NCBI GenBank assembly: GCA_965222375.1
Contig: CBDCTZ010000009.1
Location: forward strand, 350,662-414,661
From: Polyangiaceae bacterium
GTDB lineage: Bacteria > Myxococcota_A > Polyangia > Polyangiales > Polyangiaceae
Reading direction: 5' to 3'
Length of the DNA: 64,000 bases
Shown: in pieces, positions 30,090-39,900 of the stretch
How the letters are laid out: each line of letters starts with the position of its first letter
Numbering within the stretch: the first letter of the stretch is position 1
The notes under the pieces: generated by a model
Told to the model about the DNA's origin: nothing
Seen by the model: only the letters and a program-made list of their open reading frames with translations
Databases searched by the model: none
Translations under genes and position numbers: made by a program

Positions 30090-30632
30090 TCAGTTCCAGC
30101 GAACGGGGCGATAGCTGAGCTGCACCATGCCTTCGGGCAGACGCTTGGTGTCCTGGAGCTCTAGCTGGGTGTGGTGCGCCACACCGGCGAAGAGTGGGAT
30201 GCCCTTGCCCAAGATGGTGGGAACGATGGTCACGATGACTTCGTCGACGAGTTCCGCGTCGATGGCCTGCCGGATCAGATCGCCGCCGTCGAGATAGACG
30301 TCGCGATCCCCAGCGGCCTCGATGGCTTGCTCGACCAGCTGCTGAATGGTTCCAGACACCGCGCGAACGGTTGGGCGCGAGGATTCGAGCGGCCGCCTCG
30401 TCGCGACGAGCACCGGACGATCTGCGTATATCCAGGCGTCGCCCATGCCTTGGACGACGTCGAAGGTGCGACGCCCCATTAGCAGGGCGCCGACATCGGC
30501 GAAGAAGGTCTCGAAGCTGTCATCCCCTGTGGAGGCTTCGGAGGGTTGGGGCAACCAGGATAGATCGTCATCCGGCCCCGCGATGAAACCATCCAAGGAG
30601 CAAGCAATGAAAACTCGGACCAGGCTGGGCAT
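30090..30632 (-). CDS. dihydrofolate reductase/RibD C-terminal family protein
   Basis: IACSLDGFIA, MGRRTF, DGGDLI, ILGKGIPLF. Confidence 0.92.
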   Translation of the reverse strand: MPSLVRVFIACSLDGFIAGPDDDLSWLPQPSEASTGDDSFETFFADVGALLMGRRTFDVVQGMGDAWIYADRPVLVATRRPLESSRPTVRAVSGTIQQLVEQAIEAAGDRDVYLDGGDLIRQAIDAELVDEVIVTIVPTILGKGIPLFAGVAHHTQLELQDTKRLPEGMVQLSYRPVRWN

Positions 30633-30761
30633 TGAGGCGCGCATTGAAAGCGCAGGCTGGCGGCCAAGGCAAGCAACTCGCGCCCGCGCCCGGCCGATAA
30701 ATGTGCCCACCCCGGCGGGTGGGAATAAATTGGCGTTGACGGAGGAGCGCGGGACCAGGGA

Positions 30762-32693
30762 TCAGTCCAGGGACACCAGATTGATGCTCTGGAGGCTGCC
30801 GCCTGCGGGGTAAGCGTAGGATGAACACCAATCCGTGCCCCACACGGTGATGCCGAAGGGGCCGTCGGACCAGGCCTCGTGCCGGCTGGTGATGCAATTG
30901 CCCAGGGCCTTGCTGCCGCGAACGAGATCCACGTGGGCGACTTCGTACTCGCCGCCGTTGCCGACTGGGGTGAACCCGCCAACTTTGCCCAAGCAGGCGA
31001 CGTTGACGTCGTGAAACCCCCCGGCGTTTTTCTTTCGAGTGATGACGAGGTTGGTCGTGGCGTAGGTTGGATCCGTGAAAAACACGTAGCGCTTCAGAAA
31101 CTGGTCCGGGGGCAGGACGTAGATCCACTCCTCGTCGCCGATGCCGCAGCTCAGGGGCACGCCAATGGGCAAAGGCATCGTGCCGTCCTTGCGCATCACC
31201 GCCGCAAACACGCTACCGGTCATGTATTGCGTCAGATAGAACGCGTGGCTCTGCCCCTGAGAGCGAACGGAAAAGTATTGCTTCGTGGTGAACTCCGCGA
31301 CCTGGCCCGCGGAGAGCGAAGTGGGAGCACCCAGGGGTGGAGCCGGATCCCAACTCAGAGTCGTGCCGTTTTTCACGCCCATGATCCGGTACATGATCGT
31401 TTCCGGCGAGAGATTGAACATGCGCGTGACATTGCCGCCGCCAACGTACTCGGTGCCGATGGCGTCAATGGGTGGAAGCTGCTGATGCGCAGGCTCTTTG
31501 CCGCCGTCGATGGACTCCCCTGCGGTCACCCAGAGCTGGGTATTGCCAGTGAATACCCCGATGGGCTGGGTGGACTTGATCACGGTGCCGGTGGGGTCGC
31601 CGAGGAGCCATTGGACTGTCTCACCGGCGCCCAGGCTCACGGTCGTGGGCTTTCCCGGCAGTGCCGCTGGCACGTTGAGCCCAGCCGGCAATTGGGACTT
31701 GGCCGTGATGGTCACGCTGGTGCCGCTGGCGCTGCCCACCAGGGTCAGCCACAGGTTGCCACCGACGATGGGATTGGGATCGATGTCGTGGGGTGCGACG
31801 GCCATGTGGCTCGTACCCCAAGCGCTCACCGGAAGCAGCAAGCTGGCGCTGGGAGAAAAGGTGCGCGCGCCGCCATAGGGCACGATGTCGTAGGCGGTGA
31901 TGGGTGTATCGCTGCTCAGGCGGAATGCAGTCCCGCGACCGCTAGCGAAGACCGCCGTGTCCATGAGCAGCGCAGGTTTGACGGGACACTGCAAAGGGAT
32001 CCCGGCGTTGTTGGCTTGGGGATCGTGGGACAGGAACAAGATGGCAACTTCACCCGGGGGCAGGCCCTGGGCGGGGAGCGGCTGATAGGTAGGGTAGGGG
32101 ATGCTGCCTTTGGGGATCCGCGCAAAGCTCGTGACGTCGAGCTTCTGCGAGCCGTAGTCCATGTTGAGCTTGGCGTGACGGTTCCAGGCATTGGCCACGA
32201 AGATGGCGTGGCACGGTCCGAGCAGTTCCTTGCCTTGCGAGCCCGGCCAGCCTGCGCCCGTGAAGGGTGGCGTGGGTGCGATGAATTCGCAGCCCACGTT
32301 GCCTTTGTTCTTCGTCGCGGCATCACAGGCGGCGATGCAGTTGCCGTCGAAGCAACCTTTGTCGGGCGCGCAGGTTTCGATCACGTTCCCCGCGTTGTCG
32401 ACGACGCTTTGCAAGTCCGGTGCGCACTGCCGACCACCGGAGCCACCGCCGGATCCTCCGCTGCTGGTGCCGCCACTGCCGCCGCTGACGCCGCCACTGC
32501 CGCCGCTGACGCCGGCGCCGCTGCCACCGACGCCCGCGGTGCCGCCGGGGAACCCCCCACCGCCGACGTTGCCGCTGGCTCCGGAGCCCGCGCCGCTACC
32601 GCCCGCGCCGCTCCCCGCATCTTCCGAACCCGCGCAGCCCAACGCAATTGCCGCGACGGACGCGAGCAAGGCGGTGGCGCGAGGAAGGCCCAT
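30762..32693 (-). CDS. IgGFc-binding-domain lipoprotein
   Basis: Lipobox ALGC, Gly linker, VGCEF, ASLLLPVSAWG, YVFFTDPTY, SYAYPAGG. Confidence 0.85.
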   Translation of the reverse strand: MGLPRATALLASVAAIALGCAGSEDAGSGAGGSGAGSGASGNVGGGGFPGGTAGVGGSGAGVSGGSGGVSGGSGGTSSGGSGGGSGGRQCAPDLQSVVDNAGNVIETCAPDKGCFDGNCIAACDAATKNKGNVGCEFIAPTPPFTGAGWPGSQGKELLGPCHAIFVANAWNRHAKLNMDYGSQKLDVTSFARIPKGSIPYPTYQPLPAQGLPPGEVAILFLSHDPQANNAGIPLQCPVKPALLMDTAVFASGRGTAFRLSSDTPITAYDIVPYGGARTFSPSASLLLPVSAWGTSHMAVAPHDIDPNPIVGGNLWLTLVGSASGTSVTITAKSQLPAGLNVPAALPGKPTTVSLGAGETVQWLLGDPTGTVIKSTQPIGVFTGNTQLWVTAGESIDGGKEPAHQQLPPIDAIGTEYVGGGNVTRMFNLSPETIMYRIMGVKNGTTLSWDPAPPLGAPTSLSAGQVAEFTTKQYFSVRSQGQSHAFYLTQYMTGSVFAAVMRKDGTMPLPIGVPLSCGIGDEEWIYVLPPDQFLKRYVFFTDPTYATTNLVITRKKNAGGFHDVNVACLGKVGGFTPVGNGGEYEVAHVDLVRGSKALGNCITSRHEAWSDGPFGITVWGTDWCSSYAYPAGGSLQSINLVSLD

Positions 32694-32715
32694 CCTTGGA
32701 GTATATGCTACCGGC

Positions 32716-33222
32716 ATGCGTCTCGTCATCGAGTCGAAGTGGGACGGCACGCCCGCGCCGGCGCAGGAACACGTCGAACTCGAACTACAGCGCCAGCATG
32801 ACGGTCTGCTGATACGACTCGACGCACCGTTTTTCGACGATCCGCCTCCGCCCCAGGCGGCGGGGTCGACACCGCGGCTGTGGAACTTCGAAGTCGTCGA
32901 GTTGATGCTGTTGGGCGCCGCGGAACGCTATTTGGAGCTGGAGTTCGGGCCGCACGGTCACTACCTCGTGCTCGAACTCTCGGGTCGTCGTGCGGTGGCT
33001 AGCTCGAATCGCCGCCTCGACTACAGACCCAGGATCGAAAAGAAGCGTTTCCGCGCTCACGCTCGACTTCCCCTCGAGTGGCTGCCGCCGCAGTGCGAGC
33101 GTGTCAACGCCTTCGCGATTCACGGAGAGGGGGATGAGCGAAGCTACCTGGCATGGCGTGGGGCTCCCGGACCCCAGCCCGACTTTCACCGCCTCGAGCT
33201 ATTCGGCCCGCTGCTACTCTGA
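32716..33222 (+). CDS. UPF0462/C4orf33-like protein (DOMON-like)
   Basis: WDG, APFFDDPP, LWNFEVVE, YLELEFGPHG.YLVL.LSGRR, NAFAIHG, PDFHRL. Confidence 0.8.
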   Translation: MRLVIESKWDGTPAPAQEHVELELQRQHDGLLIRLDAPFFDDPPPPQAAGSTPRLWNFEVVELMLLGAAERYLELEFGPHGHYLVLELSGRRAVASSNRRLDYRPRIEKKRFRAHARLPLEWLPPQCERVNAFAIHGEGDERSYLAWRGAPGPQPDFHRLELFGPLLL

Positions 33223-33357
33223 GCCGCGCGCCTACTCGCGGCCCAAACCCGTGATTCGGTGGGGATTCGCGGGCGGCGCGGGGGTGTAAGCGCCCAGGCG
33301 CCGAGGCCGTTGTACTCAAAACCCTGGGGATCTCTGATCCCCCATCTTGGAGGCATC

Positions 33358-34023
33358 ATGAATGCTCGCTTGGCTGTCGCTCTATTTGCCGTCATCGCCC
33401 TAGGTGCTGCCTGCGGTGGCAAAGACAAACCCGCGGATTCCCCGCCGCCGGCTTCGTGCCCCCCGGGCATGTGGTTCGACGGAATGAAGTGCGTCTCCCA
33501 GGCGGGCCCGGGACCAACCGGGACCACGACGGCAACTGCGCCGCCCCCGACGGCGACAACAACCGCCACCGCGCCATCCCCCATCCCCACGGTACAACCT
33601 GGCGCTGCCGCCACCCCCATTGATCCCAGCCTTGCGGCGGCAGCAGGGCCGGCCATCGACGCAATGGCCGCGCAACATGCGCAGGGTATGACACCGGTGC
33701 CTGGCGCGACCGTGGCGGGCAACTTCGGTCCGGGTCAAACCATGACCGTCGACTTTCAGGCGCAACCCGGCAAGTGCTACGTGGCGTTTGCTTCTGGCTT
33801 GCCGGCGGTGGCGGAGATCGACCTGCAACTCTCCGCCGCCGTCTCCGCACCGGGGATTCCATCGCCCGTCTTGGCCCAAGACTCTTCGACGGGACCCACG
33901 GCCGTCCTGGGTGCGAAGCCGAACTGCTACAAGTGGGCGGCACCCGTCGCTGGGCCACTTCGACTCACCGTACGCGTGAGTCAAGGCCAGGGCGTGGCTG
34001 CGGTGCGCATCTACGCCAAGTAG
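33358..34023 (+). CDS. Pro/Thr-rich lipoprotein
   Basis: RBS GGAGG; lipobox GAAC; C-terminal PGKCY...IDL.L beta domain. Confidence 0.8.
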   Translation: MNARLAVALFAVIALGAACGGKDKPADSPPPASCPPGMWFDGMKCVSQAGPGPTGTTTATAPPPTATTTATAPSPIPTVQPGAAATPIDPSLAAAAGPAIDAMAAQHAQGMTPVPGATVAGNFGPGQTMTVDFQAQPGKCYVAFASGLPAVAEIDLQLSAAVSAPGIPSPVLAQDSSTGPTAVLGAKPNCYKWAAPVAGPLRLTVRVSQGQGVAAVRIYAK

Positions 34024-34196
34024 GCGCAGCCCGGATGCGACCCATACCTACATCCACCCCGGGAGTGGTCTCAGTCGCGCGTTGATTGCGCGCCAGGCCT
34101 GCTCGACGACAACCCGCGCGCAATTGCTGCGAGCCGCGCGCACTCGCACTGTCAGAGTTGCGGCGTCGGCCGGCGCTTCGTGGTACCAATGGCCCC

Positions 34197-34844
34197 ATGA
34201 GGTGGGTACGACTTGTTTTCGTGGGCGCTGCGTTGGCAGCATTGGGACTCTCCTGTAGCTCGAGCGATTCCGGCGGCGGTGGCGGCAATTGCCCGGACGT
34301 GTCGGGTACTTGGACCTTGTCGGGTACTTGCCGGGACACGTCCTGCACCATTAGCCAAAACGGCTGCAATGTGACGCTGAATTGCTCTCCGACGGGGACG
34401 ACCTACACCGGTTCCGTCAGCGGTAGCTCCATCAGCTTCGGTGACGGATCCGGGACATGTAACGGAAACCTAGCGACCAAGACCGCGAGTGGGTCCTGCA
34501 ACGAGCCGGGCGTGGGTACGTGTGACTGGAGCGCTTCATGTCAAACCGGCGGCTGCCTGGCGATTGGCAGCACGGGTGGTTCGACTGGCTCCGGGGGCGG
34601 AGTTGGTTCGGGTGGAACTCCTGGTTCCGGCGGGGGCACCGGTGTCGATTGCAACGCGAGCTGCGCCACAATCACGGGGTGCTGCCCGGGCCTTTCGATG
34701 AGCGACTGCTTGACGGGTTGCGCTACCCAACCCAACACGTCGCCTGCATGCCTAGCGTGTTTCAACAACACCGCTTGCGGAAGCCTCGGGCCCTGTGTCG
34801 TCGCCAACTGCGGTGTGCCTAGCGAATTCTGCGGGGACGCGTAA
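34197..34844 (+). CDS. Cys-rich lipoprotein
   Basis: Lipobox GLSC-SSSD; two Cys-rich modules joined by a Gly linker. Confidence 0.8.
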   Translation: MRWVRLVFVGAALAALGLSCSSSDSGGGGGNCPDVSGTWTLSGTCRDTSCTISQNGCNVTLNCSPTGTTYTGSVSGSSISFGDGSGTCNGNLATKTASGSCNEPGVGTCDWSASCQTGGCLAIGSTGGSTGSGGGVGSGGTPGSGGGTGVDCNASCATITGCCPGLSMSDCLTGCATQPNTSPACLACFNNTACGSLGPCVVANCGVPSEFCGDA

Positions 34845-34941
34845 GTCGATCGCGTGCGCGCTCGCCACGTCGTTACCGGGCAGCTATCGGAACCTGCGCC
34901 GATCTGAGCACCGGGGGGGCAGCGCCGTGGTCCGTGCGGGT

Positions 34942-35625
34942 TTACGGTTTCGGGTTGAAGACGGCGATTTCGTCTAAGGCCTTGCGCTTCAGATCTGGGA
35001 CCCGCGCGTCCTTCGCGGGATACCCTATCGGGAACAGGATGAAGGGTTTCTCGTTTTCTGGGCGACCAAGCAACGTACGCAGGAAGCCCATGGGGCTGGG
35101 CGTATGGGTAAGGGTTGCCAGGCCCATCTGGTGCAATGCCGTGATGAACAGCCCGCAGGCGATGCCCGCGCTTTCTTTCACGTAATAGTTCTTTCGAGGC
35201 CGGCCGTCGGGATGTTGGCCCACGGTTTCTTCGAACACCACGACGAGCCACGGCACCGTCTCCAGAAAGGGCTTTTCCCAGGTGGTGCCGATGGGTGCGA
35301 GGGCCTCGAGCCAATCGTCGGGCATGCGCCCCTCGTAGGACTTCTTCTCCTCAGCTTCGGCGGCGATGCGGATTTGCCGCTTCAGATTTGGGTCACTGAC
35401 CGCAACGAAGCGCCAAGGTTGGCGATGGGCGCCACTGGGGGCGGTTGACGCTGCCCGAATTGCCAGCTCGATCACCTCCCGAGGTACTGCTTCGGCGGAG
35501 AAATCGCGGCAACTGCGGCGTTGATCCAGGTGCCGGTAGAAGCTTTCCCCCCGGCGCAGGAGTTCGGCGCTTTCGACGTGAGGTAGACGGTAGGGGATGA
35601 AGGGATACTCGACGCGGTCGCTCAT
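34942..35625 (-). CDS. nitroreductase-family iodotyrosine deiodinase-like protein
   Basis: RRSCR.FS, TAPSGAHRQPW, AAEAEEKKSY, NYYVKES.GIACG, TLTHTP. Confidence 0.88.
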   Translation of the reverse strand: MSDRVEYPFIPYRLPHVESAELLRRGESFYRHLDQRRSCRDFSAEAVPREVIELAIRAASTAPSGAHRQPWRFVAVSDPNLKRQIRIAAEAEEKKSYEGRMPDDWLEALAPIGTTWEKPFLETVPWLVVVFEETVGQHPDGRPRKNYYVKESAGIACGLFITALHQMGLATLTHTPSPMGFLRTLLGRPENEKPFILFPIGYPAKDARVPDLKRKALDEIAVFNPKP

Positions 35626-36149
35626 CGACGACCCTGAACCGCCGCCCGCCGCCCGCTTTTGGTCGCGGGCTTCTTCTTGAGTCGGGCTTTGGTCGCGCGT
35701 GTGGCAGCTGACTTCTTGCGCGCTGTCGCGGAAGCCTTGGCTTTCTTGGTCTGCGTCTCGGCTTTCTTCTTTGAATTCCGCTTCGGCGTGGCTTTCTTGC
35801 TGGCGGTCTTCTTGCGCGTCTTGTTGGGAGGTCCGCAGGCAGCGCCGACCAGTCCACGCTCGATCCAGCCCTTCAAGCCCGCCGGGGTCTTGAACCCCGG
35901 CGGGGCGACGTAGACGTATCCCTTGAGGGGCTTGCCGGTGAAGTCCATTGGCCGAACATGTGGGCGCTCGAGGGCGGCGTCGTAGTGTTCAGCGCCGACC
36001 TTGACCATCAGGTCCTTGCCCTGAACGCCCAGGGCCATCTTGCCATTGTGCATGAATGCCACGCCGCCAAACATGCGCTTTTCGACAATCCCCTTCTTCT
36101 TCTTCAGCGCCGCTTCCAAGCGCGCCCGCAGCTTTTCGTCGAAGGCCAT
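35622..36149 (-). CDS. TfoX N-terminal-domain protein with Lys/Ala-rich tail
   Basis: EKRMFGGVAFM.NGKM, PMDFTGKPLKGYVYV; basic KKTASKKATPK tail. Confidence 0.88.
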   Translation of the reverse strand: MAFDEKLRARLEAALKKKKGIVEKRMFGGVAFMHNGKMALGVQGKDLMVKVGAEHYDAALERPHVRPMDFTGKPLKGYVYVAPPGFKTPAGLKGWIERGLVGAACGPPNKTRKKTASKKATPKRNSKKKAETQTKKAKASATARKKSAATRATKARLKKKPATKSGRRAAVQGRR

Positions 36150-36197
36150 AATGGTCTTTGTACACCATCGAGGCAGGCGGCACCTTAGAATCCCCGC

Positions 36198-36710
36198 GTG
36201 GAAGAGCGCCAAGCCCGAAGTCGCGCGGAGCCGCCGCCCTCGCGCCGCTTCGCCATCGTGCTCGGCGCGGCCTTCGTCCTCGCCGTGGCTGCGTGGGGTG
36301 TCGTGACCCTCCTGCGCGACCGCCCGGCGCCGATCCCGAATGGACTCGTCGGCCTGCGTTTTGGAATGACGGAAACCGACATCAGGGAGCAATTCCCCGC
36401 CGTGAAGAACGTTGACGGCAAAATGGTTCACGAGACGGTCGCCTTCGACCAAAGGGCCAGCTGCGTGCTCGAGCTGAGCGCCGTGCAGACCCTGCAGCGC
36501 GTCGAGTGTCACACTCGCACCCCTGACGAAGACTCGATGCGGGCCGCCTTGGGCAAGGCGCTGGCACTCGCCCGGAGTCTCTATGGCAAGGAGTCCCAGG
36601 CCCGCGCTTCGGCTTGGGTGTGGAACGGCTCCCGGAGTGTGTTGGAAATCCGTGCAGAAGCGCCGCGGAACCGCTTGGTGATCGAGGCGCGCTCTACGCA
36701 GGTGCCGTAA
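36198..36710 (+). CDS. hypothetical single-TM protein
   Basis: TM helix followed by GLRFGMT motif domain. Confidence 0.65.
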   Translation: MEERQARSRAEPPPSRRFAIVLGAAFVLAVAAWGVVTLLRDRPAPIPNGLVGLRFGMTETDIREQFPAVKNVDGKMVHETVAFDQRASCVLELSAVQTLQRVECHTRTPDEDSMRAALGKALALARSLYGKESQARASAWVWNGSRSVLEIRAEAPRNRLVIEARSTQVP

Positions 36711-36743
36711 CGAAATCTGCGCAGCGGTGTTCTCCGAGGGGCG

Positions 36744-37145
36744 TCAGCTGCCGTTCGCGGCGGCGCGCGCGCGAAACCGATCGACGAGAGTGATGAACTG
36801 TCTCAAGAACGCACCATCGTTGGTGCCCTTGCGAATCGCGCCAAGCATGCCTGTGCGCCGGACAAGGCTATCGAGCTCGGCTTGCGGGCGACTCGAATAG
36901 AAGATCACTCCGATCTTGTTGTGCAACTGACGGCGCCGCAGCAAGATCGCCAACTCATCTCCGGATAGCGCTGGCATCATCACGTCTAGCAGGACGAAGT
37001 CTGGTTCATTGTCGGAGATCCAGCGCAGAGTGCCGAGCGCTTTGTCCCGCACTTCCACATCGTAGCCCATGCGCTCGAGGCGAGCCTTTGCGACCTCGAG
37101 CGTGAGCTCGTCGTCGTCCACCACCAAGACTTTTCCGCGCGCCAT
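36744..37145 (-). CDS. single-domain response regulator
   Basis: VLVVDDD, LLDVMMPALSG. Confidence 0.9.
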   Translation of the reverse strand: MARGKVLVVDDDELTLEVAKARLERMGYDVEVRDKALGTLRWISDNEPDFVLLDVMMPALSGDELAILLRRRQLHNKIGVIFYSSRPQAELDSLVRRTGMLGAIRKGTNDGAFLRQFITLVDRFRARAAANGS

Positions 37146-37325
37146 ATCTGAGCCTACTCAGGGACCATTTATAGGTGCCAAACCACGCCAGCGCCAGACC
37201 CAGAGTTTCTGCGACATGCCGGGCAATGCGGGCGTGCGTCCTCGAAATCGACGCGAAGCGTGCTCCCGTCGCATCCTGCGACCGTGGCTGCAGCTAGGGA
37301 AGACTGGGTCCTCGTGATAGCGTAG

Positions 37326-39899
37326 ATGGCCAAAATGGCGGACGGCGACGGCTCAAGCGGCAGCCCCCTTTCACCCATACCGGTGGGAGCGCAGCAGCTG
37401 CTGTCCGGGCGCCGGCTACAGGTCAGATTGGCAGGCTTCTTGATGCTGCTATTGCTGGCCTTGTCGGCCGTCTCCTACGTGATGGTGACGCAGATCTTCG
37501 ATTCGCTGACCCCAGCGATTCACTCGGATCTGGCTTGGAAGGCGCGTCGTGGCGCGGCTGAGTTGGCGCAGAGCAGCGAGTTCGGGATTGTCGCTGCGGA
37601 CCGCAAAGACATCGAAAGCGCGATGACGGACTACCTCGGCGACGCGGATGTCGAGGCCATCGCGGTGAGCGACGCGAAAGGTAAGGTGCTCTACACCCAC
37701 GGCTCGGTGCCGGGCGCTGTCGAAGCCTTCGCTGGGCCGCCAAATCATGTGTCGGAAACGGACGAGCATATGCGCGCCTGGTCCAACGCTGCCATCGAAG
37801 GCGAGAAGATTGGCCGCGTTGCCGTGATCGTATCGAAGCGGCGCTTGAGCGCCGGTGCCACCCTGCGGAGCAATATGCTGACCCTGGCCGCGGGTGGCTG
37901 CGGAGCTGGGCTGCTGCTCAGCCTTCTCTTCGTCAGCCTCTACGTCGGCCCATTGATTGGCGTGACGCGGCGGGCGTTCACGGATCTGGAAGAAACTGCG
38001 GAGCAGGCTCTGGCCGCGACGCGTCTTAAGAGCGAGTTCTTGGCAAACATGAGTCACGAGCTTCGCACCCCCATGAACGGCGTCATCGGGATGACCGAGT
38101 TGCTGCTGGCAACCGAGCTGAACGGAAAGCAGCGACGCTATGCTGAGACCATCAATACTTCGGCAAACACGCTGCTGAACTTGCTGAACGACATTTTGGA
38201 CTTGTCCAAGATCGAAGCGGGGCGGCTGGAGCTCCAAGAAAACGTCTCCAACGTCCGGCGCCTCGTCGAGGAGATCGCCGAACTGCTAGCCGCCCAAGCT
38301 CACGCCAAAGGCGTGGAGCTGATGACCGACTATGACCCGGAGGTGCCGCGCTATGCCCACGTGGATCGTGACCGACTGCGCCAGGTGCTGCTCAACATCG
38401 CGGCCAACGCCGTGAAGTTCACGGATGAGGGCGAGATCCTCATCTCCGTCCGCAAGCTCGGAGAGAAGGACGGGGTCGTCGATGTGGTATTCGAAGTGCG
38501 CGACACCGGGATTGGGATCCCAGAAGCCCAACGAGCGAATCTGTTCGAGGCTTTCTGGCAGGCGGACGGCTCGCTGACGCGTCGGCACGGCGGTAGCGGT
38601 CTGGGACTGGCGATTTCCAAGCGGATCACCGAGCAGATGGGCGGTGAAATCGAGGTCGAAAGCGGTGAAGGAAAGGGCAGCAACTTCCGAGTCCGGCTCT
38701 CCATGCGCCGGGAAGATGAAGGCTCGTTTCCCGACATGGAATCGTTGCCCAAGGGCATGCGCGTGCTCGTCGTGGACGACAACGAAACCAATCGCGCGAT
38801 CCTCGAGGCTCAACTCTCAGGTTGGGGCATGGAGGCAGTCAGCTGCGAAGACGCTGAAGCCGGGTTGGAGCAACTGGAGCAGGCCCAGGAGCAGCAGCGA
38901 CCCTTCCGCATGGCGCTTCTCGACGTACAGATGCCGGGCATGCACGGGGTCGATTTGGTTCGAAAGATCCGGGCCGACGAGCGCTTCAAGGATCTCGTTC
39001 TGATCATTCTGACTTCTTTGGGGGACACGACCTCCACTGCGCTCACGGCGCAAGTGAGCGCAGTCATCACGAAGCCCGTGCGGGAGGCGGACCTAGCGGA
39101 CAGTATTCGGATGGCGCTGGGGGGCGCAGCGTCTGTGACGGTCCCGGCCGCTGCGCCGCCAGTTGGGGGCGTGCAGTTGGCGCGGGGGCGCCTCTTGGTG
39201 GCCGAGGACAACGAGATCAACCGCGAGGTCCTGCTCGAAATCCTGACCCAGCTCGGCTTCGAGGCGGACAGCGTCAGTGATGGCCAGGAGGCGGTGGAGG
39301 CGGTCAAACGCGGGATCTACGTTGCGGTCTTGATGGATTGCCAAATGCCCGTCATGGATGGTTACGAGGCCACGAAGATGATCCGGAACCTGCCGGAGCG
39401 TGCACGGATCCCGATTATCGCCGTAACAGCGCATGCCATGCCGGGCGAACGCGAGCGATCCCTCGCAGCTGGTATGAACGAGCACGTGACCAAGCCAGTG
39501 CGGGCTCGAGAACTGGAAGAGGTGTTGTTGAGATACGTGCGCCAGAGCGCACGACCGGGCAACGCCGACGATAGCGTGGTGCTCGAGCCTGGAATCGCTC
39601 GGAGCGCCAAGGTGGTTGAGCTGTTCCTGCGCTTGGTGCCCGGCCAGGTTGAGGCCGTCTCTGCGGCCCTGAAAAACTCGGACAAGGACGCCTTGAAACA
39701 GGCCGCCCACAAGTTGAAGGGCGGTTGTTTGAACGTGGGCGTTCGGAAGATGGCGGATATCTGCAAGCAGCTCGAAGACTTCCCTGATAACTCCGAACAG
39801 TTGGCCAAGGAATTGTCCGAGGCCTTCGAAGAAGCGAAACAAGAGCTGTCTGCGGAACAAGAATCCGCGGATACGAAGCAGAAAGCGTCAGCGGGGTAG
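37326..39899 (+). CDS. hybrid sensor histidine kinase (2 TM, HisKA, HATPase, 2 REC, Hpt)
   Basis: [32 protein letters not shown], two receiver domains, AHKLKG. Confidence 0.95.
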   Translation: MAKMADGDGSSGSPLSPIPVGAQQLLSGRRLQVRLAGFLMLLLLALSAVSYVMVTQIFDSLTPAIHSDLAWKARRGAAELAQSSEFGIVAADRKDIESAMTDYLGDADVEAIAVSDAKGKVLYTHGSVPGAVEAFAGPPNHVSETDEHMRAWSNAAIEGEKIGRVAVIVSKRRLSAGATLRSNMLTLAAGGCGAGLLLSLLFVSLYVGPLIGVTRRAFTDLEETAEQALAATRLKSEFLANMSHELRTPMNGVIGMTELLLATELNGKQRRYAETINTSANTLLNLLNDILDLSKIEAGRLELQENVSNVRRLVEEIAELLAAQAHAKGVELMTDYDPEVPRYAHVDRDRLRQVLLNIAANAVKFTDEGEILISVRKLGEKDGVVDVVFEVRDTGIGIPEAQRANLFEAFWQADGSLTRRHGGSGLGLAISKRITEQMGGEIEVESGEGKGSNFRVRLSMRREDEGSFPDMESLPKGMRVLVVDDNETNRAILEAQLSGWGMEAVSCEDAEAGLEQLEQAQEQQRPFRMALLDVQMPGMHGVDLVRKIRADERFKDLVLIILTSLGDTTSTALTAQVSAVITKPVREADLADSIRMALGGAASVTVPAAAPPVGGVQLARGRLLVAEDNEINREVLLEILTQLGFEADSVSDGQEAVEAVKRGIYVAVLMDCQMPVMDGYEATKMIRNLPERARIPIIAVTAHAMPGERERSLAAGMNEHVTKPVRARELEEVLLRYVRQSARPGNADDSVVLEPGIARSAKVVELFLRLVPGQVEAVSAALKNSDKDALKQAAHKLKGGCLNVGVRKMADICKQLEDFPDNSEQLAKELSEAFEEAKQELSAEQESADTKQKASAG

Positions 39900-39900
39900 C

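Noticed and set aside
30879..32801. 640-aa plus-strand ORF and similar long antisense ORFs (e.g. 15649-16833, 59932-61263)
   Set aside because: Shadow ORFs opposite well-supported genes, expected in high-GC DNA.
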